From Eledone cirrhosa (Eukaryota), in assembly GCA_964016885.1 (NCBI GenBank), contig OZ024742.1:78802001-78866000 (forward strand): a DNA stretch of 64,000 nucleotides, in the 5' to 3' direction. Below the pieces are notes generated by a model, which was not told where the DNA came from, did not search any database, and worked only from the letters and a program-made list of their open reading frames with translations. A program made the position numbers and the translations under genes. Of the stretch, positions 30,701 to 41,874 are shown one piece after another; position 1 is the stretch's first letter; each line of letters starts with the position of its first letter.

Positions 30701-33700
30701 CACATGACCATACACCCCATCTAGCCAACACTAACTCTACCTGTCTCTCTCTCTCACACTCCCACAGCACATTACCATACACCGCATCTAGCCAACACTA
30801 ACTCTACCTGTCTCTCTCTCACACACTCCCACAGCACATTACCATACACCCCATCTAGCCAACACTAACTCTACCTGTCTCTCTCACACACACTCCCACA
30901 GCACATTACCATACACCCCATCTAGCCAACACTAACTCTACTTGTCTCTCTCTCACACACTCCCACAGCACATTACCATACACCCCATCTAGCCAACACT
31001 AACTCTACCTGTCTCTCTCACACACACTCCCACAGCACATTACCATACACCCCATCTAGCCAACACTAACTCTACCTGTCTCTCTCACACACTCCCACAG
31101 CACATGACCATACACCCCATCTAGCCAACACTAACTCTACCTGTCTCTCCCTCTCTCACACACTCCCACAGCACATGACCATACACCCCATCTAGCCAAC
31201 ACTAACTCTACCTGTCTCTCCCTCTCTCACACACTCCCACAGCACATGACCATACACCCCATCTAGCCAACACTAACTCTACCTGTCTCTCCCTCTCTCA
31301 CACACTCCCACAGCACATGACCATACACCCCATCTAGCCAACACTAACTCTACCTGTCTCTCCCTCTCTCACACACTCCCACAGCACATGACCATACACC
31401 CCATCTAGCTAACACTAACTCTACTTGTCTCTCTCTCACACACTCCCACAGCACATTACCATACACCCCATCTAGCCAACACTAACTCTACCTGTCTCTC
31501 TCACACACACTCCCACAGCACATTACCATACACCCCATCTAGCCAACACTAACTCTACCTGTCTCTCTCACACACTCCCACAGCACATGACCATACACCC
31601 CATCTAGCCAACACTAACTCTACCTGTCTCTCCCTCTCTCACACACTCCCACAGCACATGACCATACACCCCATCTAGCCAACACTAACTCTACCTGTCT
31701 CTCCCTCTCTCACACACTCCCACAGCACATGACCATACACCCCATCTAGCCAACACTAACTCTACCTGTCTCTCTCTCTCTCACACACTCCCACAGCACA
31801 TTACCATACACCCCATCTAGCCAACACTAACTCTACCTGTCTCTCTCTCTCTCACACACTCCCACAGCACATGACCATACACCCCATCTAGCCAACACTA
31901 ACTCTACCTGTCTCTCTCTCACACACTCCCACAGCACATGACCATACACCCCATCTAGCCAACACTAACTCTACCTGTCTCTCTCTCTCACACTCCCACA
32001 GCACATGACCATACACCCCATCTAGCCAACACTAACTCTACCTGTCTCTCTCTCTCACACACTCCCACAGCACATTACCATACACCCCATCTAGCCAACA
32101 CTAACTCTACCTGTCTCTCTCTCACACACTCCCACAGCACATGACCATACACCCCATCTAGCCAACACTAACTCTACCTGTCTCTCTCTCTCACACTCCC
32201 ACAGCACATGACCATACACCCCATCTAGCCAACACTAACTCTACCTGTCTCTCTCTCTCACACACTCCCACAGCACATGACCATACACCCCATCTAGCCA
32301 ACACTAACTCTACCTGTCTCTCTCTCACACACTCCCACAGCACATGACCATACACCCCATCTAGCCAACACTAACTCTACCTGTCTCTCACACACTCCCA
32401 CAGCACATTACCATACACCCCATCTAGCCAACACTAACTCTACCTGTCTCTCTCTCACACACTCCCACAGCACATTACCATACACCCCATCTAGCCAACA
32501 CTAACTCTACCTGTCTCTCTCTCTCACACTCCCACAGCACATGACCATACACCCCATCTAGCCAACACTAACTCTACCTGTCTCTCTCACACACACTCCC
32601 ACAGCACATGACCATACACCCCATCTAGCCAACACTAACTCTACCTGTCTCTCCCTCTCTCACACACTCCCACAGCACATGACCATACACCCCATCTAGC
32701 CAACACTAACTCTACCTGTCTCTCCCTCTCTCACACACTCCCACAGCACATTACCATACACCCCATCTAGCCAACACTAACTCTACCTGTCTCTCTCACA
32801 CACACTCCCACAGCACATGACCATACACCCCATCTAGCCAACACTAACTCTACCTGTCTCTCTCTCACACACTCCCACAGCACATTACCATACACCCCAT
32901 CTAGCCAACACTAACTCTACCTGTCTCTCTCTCACACACTCCCACAGCACATGACCATACACCCCATCTAGCCAACACTAACTCTACCTGTCTCTCTCTC
33001 ACACACTCCCACAGCACATGACCATACACCCCATCTAGCCAACACTAACTCTACCTGTCTCTCTCTCACACACTCCCACAGCACATTACCATACACCCCA
33101 TCTAGCCAACACTAACTCTACCTGTCTCTCTCACACACACTCCCACAGCACATGACCATACACCCCATCTAGCCAACACTAACTCTACCTGTCTCTCTCA
33201 CACACACTCCCACAGCACATTACCATACACCCCATCTAGCCAACACTAACTCTACCTGTCTCTCTCACACACACTCCCACAGCACATTACCATACACCCC
33301 ATCTAGCCAACACTAACTCTACCTGTCTCTCTCTCTCACACTCCCACAGCACATTACCATACACCCCATCTAGCTAACACTAACTCTACCTGTCTCTCTC
33401 TCACACACACTCCCACAGCACATTACCATACACTCCATCTAGCCAACACTAACTCTACCTGTCTCTCACACACTCCCACAGCACATTACCATACACTCCA
33501 TCTAGCCAACACTAACTCTACCTGTCTCTCTCACACACACTCCCACAGCACATTACCATACACTCCATCTAGCCAACACTAACTCTACCTGTCTCTCTCA
33601 CACACTCCCACAGCACATGACCATACACTCCATCTAGCCAACACTAACTCTACCTGTCTCTCTCACACACTCCCACAGCACATGACCATACACTCCATCT

Positions 33701-34245
33701 AGCCAACACTAACTCTACCTGTCTCTCTCACACACACTCCCACAGCACATGACCATACACCCCATCTAGCCAACACTAACTCTACCTGTCTCTCTCACAC
33801 ACACTCCCACAGCACATTACCATACACTCCATCTAGCCAACACTAACTCTACCTGTCTCTCTCACACACTCCCACAGCACATGACCATACACTCCATCTA
33901 GCCAACACTAACTCTACCTGTCTCTCTCACACACTCCCACAGCACATGACCATACACTCCATCTAGCCAACACTAACTCTACCTGTCTCTCTCACACACA
34001 CTCCCACAGCACATGACCATACACCCCATCTAGCCAACACTAACTCTACCTGTCTCTCTCACACACTCCCACAGCACATGACCATACACTCCATCTAGCC
34101 AACACTAACTCTACCTGTCTCTCTCACACACACTCCCACAGCACATGACCATACACCCCATCTAGCCAACACTAACTCTACCTGTCTCTCTCACACACAC
34201 TCCCACAGCACATTACCATACACTCCATCTAGCCAACACTAACTC
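705..34245. repeat. Giant tandem satellite/minisatellite array, ~67-bp unit (mostly 63-73 bp), ~500 copies
   Basis: Unit CCATACACCCCATCTAGCCAACACTAACTCTACCTG(TC)n(AC)mTCCCACAGCACAT[T/G]A; 67-bp period read directly (784 to 851). The constant block is nearly invariant and length variation is confined to the CT/CA tract. Abrupt end at ..CACTAACTC|AACATATT. Copy number estimated as length/unit. Confidence 0.99.
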
Positions 34246-34424
34246 AACATATTCATAGCCTTGGTTTTGATTAAATTTGTTCACTTTTCACTACACTGTA
34301 CATCATCCTCCTTTATTTGATTTCTGTCACACTTCACTGCATGCAGATGATATGCCTGCCTGTTTTCGCTTTTCTTTTCTTTCTTTATGTTCTCTGTAGG
34401 GTTTTTTTCTCTTCTTCACCATGG

Positions 34425-35027
34425 CCATCATCATCATCATTATCATCATCCCCACCAGCATCATCATCCTCACCAACAGCATCATCATCAGCGACATCAT
34501 CATCATCATCACCAGCGTCATAATCATCAGCATCATCATCCTCACCAACAGCATCATCATCATCACCATCATCATCATCAAAATCACCAGCCTCATCATC
34601 AAAATCATCAACATCATCATTATCATCGCCAGCATCACCATCATCACCAACATTAACACTATAATCCACATCATCATGACTACCAGTAACACCATCATCA
34701 CCAGCACTAACACCATCATCATCAATATCACCAGCATCTTCACAACCAGTCACCATCAATATCACCACTATCATCATCATCATCACCAATGCAATTGCAA
34801 TCCTCACCACCACTACCACCACTATTACTACCAACAATATCACCAGCATCATCCCCATTATAACAGTAATCATTATCATCATCGCCACCCCCAACACCAT
34901 CATTGCCAACCATCAATACTAACATCATCATCATCATCATCATCATATTCCCCATTATCTCTATATTCACCATCACCACCACCACTAACATCATTGCCAA
35001 CATCAACACTAACATGATCATCATCAT
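34425..35027. repeat. Degenerate (CAT/CAC)n trinucleotide tract
   Basis: Imperfect CATCATCAT/CACCAC runs over ~600 bp; produces poly-His, -Ile, -Met and -Asp ORFs in several frames. Confidence 0.9.
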
Positions 35028-35370
35028 ATTGAGAGTTGTAAATGTTATAGCTCTACAAATATTCCATATTAGATTGCTCTTCTTCATACACTACACACAT
35101 ACTCTCTCTCTCACTGTCTCTTTCACTCTTATCTCTCACTTTCTCTCTCTCTCTTTCTTTCTCTCTCCTATCTTCTCACTCTCTCCAATCTCTCACTTTC
35201 TCTCTCCCATCTCTTTCTTATTAATCTCATACTTTTACAATATCATCTAGTTTTACTTCATTCACTCCACCTCTTATTGCCATGTCCCTACCATGTTCCT
35301 TTCTTACCATTTCCTTATCTTATGTGTGTCCTCTTTATAATAGCACCCCTCCCTCCCTCTATCTGTCTTT

Positions 35371-36770
35371 CATTCATATGCTCTCTTTAAAGTAATATAA
35401 CTCTCTCTCATTCATATGCTCTCTTTAAAGTAATATAATTATCTCTCTCATTTGTATGCTCTCTTTAAAGTAGTATAACTCTCTCATTCGTATGCTCTCT
35501 TTAAAGTAATATAGCTTTCTCTCTCATTCGTATACTCTCTTTAAAGTAATATAACTCTCTCTCATTCATATGCTCTCTTTAAAGTAATGTAACTCTCTCT
35601 CTCATTCATATGCTCTCTTTAAAGTAATGTAACTATCTCTCTCATTCATATGTTCTCTTTAAAGTAATATAACTCTCTCTCTCTCTCTCTCTCTCATTCA
35701 TATGCTCTCTTTACAGTAATATAACTCTCTCACACATTCATATGTTAACTTTAAAGTAATATAACTCTCTCGCTCTCATTTATATGCTCTCTTTAAAGTA
35801 ATATAACACTCTCTCTCATTCATATGCTCTCTTTAAAGTAATATAACTCTCTCTCACATTCATATGCTCTCTTTAAAGTAATATAACTCTCTCTCTCATT
35901 CATATTCTCTCTTTAAAGTAATATAACTCTCTCTCTCATTCGTATGCTCTCTTTAAAGCAATATAACTCTCTCTCTCATTTGTATGGTCTCTTTAAAGTA
36001 ATATAACTCTCTCTCTCATTCATATGCTCTCTTTAAAGTAATGTAACTCTCTCTCTCATTCATATGTTCTCTTTAAAGTAATATAACTCTCTCTCTCTCT
36101 CTCATTCATATGCTCTTTTTAAAGTAATATAACTCTCTCCCTCATTCATATGCTCTCTTTAAAGTAATATAATTCTCTCTCTCTCATTCATATGCTAACT
36201 CTCTCTCTCATGTATATGCTCTCTTTAAAGTAATATAACTCTCTCTCTCATTCATATGCTCTCTTTAAAGTAATATAACTCCCTCTCATTTGTATGCTCT
36301 CTTTAAAGTAATATAACTCTCTCTCTCTCATTCATATGCTCTCTTTAAAGTAATATAACTCTCTCTCTCATTCATATGCTCTCTTTAAAGTAATATAACT
36401 CTCTCTCTCATTCATATGCTAACTCTCTCTCTCATTTATATGCTCTCTTTAAAGTAATATAACTCTCTCTCTCATTCGTATGCTCTCTTTAAAGTAATAT
36501 AACTCTCTCTCTCATTCATATGCTCTCTTTAAAGTAATATAACTCTCTCTCATTCGTATGCTCTCTTTAAAGTAATATAACTATCTCTCTCTTCCATATG
36601 CTCTCTTTAAAGTAATATAACTCTCTCTCTCATTCATATGCTAACTATCTCTCTCATTTATATGCTCTCCTTAAAATAATATAACTCTCTCTCTCTCTCA
36701 TTCATATGCTCTCTTTAAAGTAATATAACTCTCTCTCTCTCTCATTTATATGCTCTCTTTAAAGTAATAT
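35371..36770. repeat. ~40-bp minisatellite, ~36 copies
   Basis: Unit CATTCATATGCTCTCTTTAAAGTAATATAA(CT)n with a variable CT tract and occasional half units. Confidence 0.97.
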
Positions 36771-36869
36771 TTTGTTCTCTGTCTCTTTTCCCCTCTATCA
36801 AGAGTTCTCACAATGTTCATATTTCTCTTTCTTTCTCAAATTTCTTTGGTTAATATTCTTACCTCTACT

Positions 36870-36870
<1 letters not shown>

Positions 36871-36937
<67 letters not shown>
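36871..36937. repeat. (CT)n microsatellite
   Basis: Perfect CT run. Confidence 0.95.
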
Positions 36938-36942
<5 letters not shown>

Positions 36943-37064
36943 ACTCTCACATTTACTCATACTACTATTCCTCTCTTGTTCACTCTCTCTAGCTATCTCT
37001 ATTTTACATGTTCAAGTTATAATACCCCCTCTCTCTCACTCATGCATCTTTTCATACTAATATT

Positions 37065-37098
<34 letters not shown>

Positions 37099-37199
37099 TC
37101 ATACTAATATTCCTCTTCCTTCCACTCTCTAGCTATCTCTATCTTACATGTTTACTATATGTTAATACCCATCACTCTCTCTTTAATTCCCTGTCTAAC

Positions 37200-38370
37200 C
37201 AAAGAACATCAGATAAAATGCCATTGGCTCTATACATTCTAAGTTCAAACCTCACCAAGGTCAACTTAAAAGGCTCTATACATTCTAAGTTCAAACCTCA
37301 CCAAGGTCAACTTAAAAGGCTCTATACATTCTAAGTTCAAACCTCACCAAGGTCAACTTAAAAGGCTCTATACATTCTAAGTTCAAACCTCACCAAGGTC
37401 AACTTAAAAGGCTCTATACATTCTAAGTTCAAACCTCACCAAGGTCAACTTAAAAGGCTCTATACATTCTAAGTTCAAACCTCACCAAGGTCAACTTAAA
37501 AGGCTCTATACATTCTAAGTTCAAACCTCACCAAGGTCAACTTAAAAGGCTCTATACATTCTAAGTTCAAACCTCACCAAGGTCAACTTAAAAGGCTCTA
37601 TACATTCTAAGTTCAAACCTCACCAAGGTCAACTTAAAAGGGTCTATTCATTCTAAGTTCAAACCTCACCAAGGTCAACTTAAAAGGCTCTATACATTCT
37701 AAGTTCAAACCTCACCAAGGTCAACTTAAAAGGCTCTATACATTCTAAGTTGAAACCTCACCAAGGTCAACTTAAAAGGGTCTATACATTCTAAGTTCAA
37801 ACCTCACCAAGGTCAACTTAAAAGGGTCTATACATTCTAAGTTCAAACCTCACCAAGGTCAACTTAAAAGGGTCTATTCATTCTAAGTTCAAACCTCACC
37901 AAGGTCAACTTAAAAGGCTCTATACATTCTAAGTTCAAACCTCACCAAGGTCAACTTAAAAGGCTCTATACATTCTAAGTTGAAACCTCACCAAGGTCAA
38001 CTTAAAAGGGTCTATACATTCTAAGTTCAAACCTCACCAAGGTCAACTTAAAAGGCTCTATACATTCTAAGTTCAAACCTCACCAAGGTCAACTTAAAAG
38101 GGTCTATACATTCTAAGTTGAAACCTCACCAAGGTCAACTTAAAAGGGTCTATACATTCTAAGTTCAAACCTCACCAAGGTCAACTTAAAAGGGTCTATT
38201 CATTCTAAGTTGAAACCTCACCAAGGTCAACTTAAAAGGGTCTATACATTCTAAGTTCAAATCTCACCAAGGTCAACTTAAAATGAAGTACCAGTCAAGT
38301 ACTGGGGTTGATTTCACTAACTTTTTCCATACCCAAAATTGTTGCCCTTGTGCCTATAATAGAAACCATT
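37200..38370 (+). mobile_element. SINE copy (family A) interrupted by an internal tandem amplification
   Basis: 5' flank AGAACATCAGATAAAATG and 3' flank AAATGAAGTACCAGT..CCCAAAATTGTTGCCCTTGTGCCTATAATAGAAACCATT match the SINE copies at 38720, 54820 and 55115. Confidence 0.75.
37226..38283. repeat. 46-bp tandem array, 23 copies
   Basis: Unit GGCTCTATACATTCTAAGTTCAAACCTCACCAAGGTCAACTTAAAA; 1058 bp = 23 x 46; the first 9 copies are identical. Confidence 0.98.
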
Positions 38371-38469
38371 GTTTTTGCTTTTTTTACTTTACTCTCACTT
38401 ACCATTTTACTTCTTATTATGTTCCAGTGTGTGTGTGTGTGTGTGTGTGTGATCATGTGTGTGATGTAT

Positions 38470-38625
38470 GCGAATGTGGTTGAGTGATTAAAAAGATTAG
38501 TTTGCAGTCATGAGGTCACAGGTTCTATCTTACAGAGTAATATTTTGGACTAGTGTCTACTCCCATAGTGGCAGGTCAACTGCAACTTTGAGAGAGAAAT
38601 TGAATAGACTGGAAACTGTGGAAGC
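38470..38625 (+). mobile_element. Degenerate tRNA-derived SINE head (family B)
   Basis: TGTGGTTGAGTGATTAAAAAG..CATGAGGTCACAGGTTCTATC..GGAAACTGTGGAAGC; A-box/B-box-like layout; related reverse copies near 50500-50640, 50790-50910 and 52090-52190. Confidence 0.55.
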
Positions 38626-38719
38626 TCATTGGCTCTATTATACCTACAGAGTTTCCCTTGCATTTTTGGGGGATTTGCTTAAGTATATACACTATATATG
38701 TATTATTATTATTATTAGT

Positions 38720-38920
38720 AGTGGGTTGACAGAATCGGTAGAGCATTGGAGAAAATGGCCCTTTGCGTTCTGAGTTCAAATCCTGCCAAGGTTAGCTTTG
38801 CTTTTCACTCTCACGGGGTTGATAAAATAAAGTACAGTAATACATTGGAGATGATTTAGTCAACTTTCCCTTCCCCTTCAAATTGCTGGCCTTGAACCAA
38901 ATGTAGTAACAATTATTATT
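38720..38920 (+). mobile_element. SINE (family A)
   Basis: TTCTGAGTTCAAATCC B-box-like motif, GGGGTTGATAAAATAAAGTAC central motif, AAATTGCTGGCCTTG tail ending in ATTATT; several copies in the window. Confidence 0.8.
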
Positions 38921-39666
38921 AGCTCATGTTATTTTTAGATCACCAATACAAGACTAAAAAAGAAATAAAAAACATGATTATACAAACATATAGAGAGTCA
39001 ATAGAAAATCAGTGTAGTAACAACCAAAGCACAGGTATATTGAATCAAATTAATGGAGGGGCCTAAGCCCCCAAATCCTCTTAGTGCTAGAAGGCTTGAC
39101 CTGTAAAAGAAAGAGGCATATTTTTTTGCACACAGTGTTACATTAATTCTGCCTGAGTATTAACGTTAATGTTACATGTGTTTGTGGAATACACAGCTAC
39201 TAACACAAGAATACAATGAGTGGCTCAGATGTTTGAACAACTGGAATACACATACTAGAAACTAATAGAGATCCTTTACATTAGTTGTTTTTTATATAAA
39301 CAGTTGGCATAAGAAAATTCATTTCAATAAAAGAGGGAGAGAAAAGGTTGGCTCTATTCTTATATCATAGGTTTGCACAACTAGGACTACACAATACATC
39401 ACACAACAGCCATGTATCAGAATGTACAACCAAGATGTAATACATCTGTTGCTCTCTCTTTATATATATAGATATATATGAAAGGTGATGAGGATGATAA
39501 TGATGATGTAACGCTATGACAACCACGAAACACATATATATATACATACATACTCAAACACACACACACACACACACATATATAAATATATGCACATACA
39601 CACAAACAAATTCATGCACACACCCACACAAATACAAACACACACAGACACGCACGCAAGCATATG

Positions 39667-39930
39667 TGATTTCTCCCGAATGAAACAGTTCTAGTCCTGT
39701 AGAAACCATTTCTATATTATATATTAGATATATATATATATATATTTAATATAGAAATGGCTTCTCCAGGACTAGAACTGTTTCATTCGGGAGAAATCAT
39801 CAGGAAGCCCTGAAGATTTTTCCCAAATGAAAGAGTTCTAGACCTGTAGAAGCCATTTCTATATTAAATATTTATATTCTGCTCTGTATTGAGTACCTTA
39901 CTTACTGTGGTTACCCTGGGATAAACTTAT
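39667..39930. mobile_element. Penelope-like retroelement terminal fragment with inverted copies
   Basis: Three ~55-bp copies (+,-,+) of one motif carrying hammerhead core boxes, abutting (TA)n tracts; this inversion pattern is typical of Penelope pseudo-LTRs. Confidence 0.6.
39759..39810 (-). ncRNA. Type I hammerhead ribozyme motif (degenerate copy)
   Basis: Minus strand reads GGGCTTC-CTGATGA-TTTCTCCCGAAT-GAAA-CAG-TTCTAGTC-CTG-GA-GAAGCC: stem I GGCTTC/GAAGCC, stem II TTC/GAA, stem III CAG/CTG. The cleavage triplet is GGA here but GTA in both sister copies. Confidence 0.65.
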
Positions 39931-41656
39931 ATATATATATATTCATACATATAAACTTTACAGCAACAGAATTATGTAAAAGTAGTAGAAGTAACAGCAG
40001 CAGAAACAAGAGCCATTATATCTTCATTTGCACACTAGCATTATCATCATCATCATCATCATCGTCATCATTATGCACTGTATTCTATGTCACCATCTAT
40101 TCTTTAGCATGCACTTTCAGCTCAGCCAAACTACTTCTGCTTGAAGAATTCTCACTTGTCTTTGGACAAATTATCTTCTGTGACACTTCCATTAGAAAAC
40201 CGGTCAACCTTACGAAATGTAATCACACTAACATGCACATGTGTCAAAACATACATCTTAGTATGTGTATGCTCCTATGTGAGAAAAGATACCATCGCTC
40301 CAAGTGCATATGTGCATGTACACCACACACACACACACACACACATATATGTGATGATGATGATGATATATGCAATTTCTTGATGTTAGTAAGAAAGGGA
40401 AATGGCATCATCCAAAGTGTAATTTTTCAAAATTTCCCAAGCATGTCCAGATTACATGATACACACTTGAGAATGTATATGCAGGGTGTGTCTGATGTGA
40501 GATAATGATATATGATGTGTGATATATATATATATATATATGATGTGTGATATATATATATATCATTATCATCATCATCATCATCAATTAACACCCATTT
40601 TCCCTACTAGCATATATACACACACACACACACCTCACATACAAAGATTCTGTATCTACATATTTTTCTAATTTAATTAAAAGTTTATGCATATATTTGT
40701 CATCCATATAATTACTACCATAAGCCAAAGTGGGAGTCTCTATGTAGCCATTCAATGTGCTAGAAATTCTTGAAAAAGGAAGATTGCAATTGATGCTTGA
40801 TATGCAATGACTCCTGGGTAGAATGCTTCTGATTAGAGGTTTACTTAGTCAGGGCTGAGCTGGGGGTGAACATCAACAAAATATCATTAATATCAAAATT
40901 CCTATATTAACAATGAATACCACTGTTGTTAATGTATATAAATATATCAATCTACAGATGATCATTCTTTAGTCAAACTAGGTTATATTTAATCATAAAA
41001 ATAGGAAGATGGATTCCAGAAACATTTATTTATATATAAGGTTGCTTGGTTCTATTTTGTTCTTTTATCATTTAGTAAGGAGGAAGAACAGTGCCCATGA
41101 CCCTTTTCAGGGAGAGTGAAGTACCTTAAACCAGAGGCTTCGCCCAAATATTTGCAACAGAGTGAACTTCACTGATGATAGCCAAAGACCAATTATTGGT
41201 ATCTAGCCACATAGATAAGAGAGAGAGAGAAAGACCAGGGAATGTTCTTCTTTTCTACAGACATGATGATGTAATGCTGTTCAAACTAATCAAGAACAAC
41301 AGCAAGTGGATTCCAACAATATGGGATGCTGTAATAAGGTCATGGCCACTACCACTCAAATTCTGACTATCATATAAAATACACAACTTTATCCATAGCT
41401 ACCTTCTTCATCTTTTATTTCTAGGATAAAATTACATAAACATTATAGAGAATTTAATATTTAGTCAAACACAAAGAAAAAGAAAGTAGCATTACATAAA
41501 TGAGACAATAAATGAAAGGAAAGAGCAAGGATTATTAAGTAATGAAAGACAGAGGGCGGGGAGATGGTGGCAGACTCTACACCTAAGAGTGGCATTTTGG
41601 TTGTGCACTGAGACAAAATTGCCCCTTATTCTACAATATAAGACTGTTTGGTTTAA

Positions 41657-41874
41657 CCCTTTAGCATTTACATTACTCTATATATACAATTGTGTTTTTG
41701 TGGTAAAAGTTTTACCCCACATAATTATCTCACATAATATCAAATCTATGAGATTTTGATATGTATTTTGAGAATAATACCTTAACATCATTATGAGTGG
41801 CCAGTTACAGCCAGTTTGAACAGAAAAAGGTGAGAGAATTCTGGCCGGATCTGGCCTGTTTGAATGCTAAAGGG
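41657..41874. mobile_element. piggyBac-like MITE
   Basis: TTAA|CCCTTTAGCATT .. AATGCTAAAGGG|TTAA: 12-bp perfect TIR, CCC/GGG ends, TTAA target duplication. Confidence 0.85.

Noticed and set aside
705-34245. CRISPR-like array (constant repeat plus variable segment)
   Set aside because: The variable parts are only CT/CA slippage states, not unique spacers; no cas genes; eukaryotic context
705-34245. Telomeric repeat
   Set aside because: Contains GTTAG on the minus strand but no TTAGGG or TTAGG tandem
34385-35087. Asp-rich (Aspein-like) or His-rich protein
   Set aside because: Decayed (CAT)n microsatellite open in several frames; the Asp frame shifts mid-tract and has no credible start or splice context
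38720-38800. tRNA gene (GTTCAAATCC)
   Set aside because: No cloverleaf; the motif is part of a multi-copy SINE
40155-40208. 53-bp minus-strand exon (VDRFSNGSVTEDNLSKD)
   Set aside because: Weak acceptor with no pyrimidine tract, no homology; indistinguishable from chance
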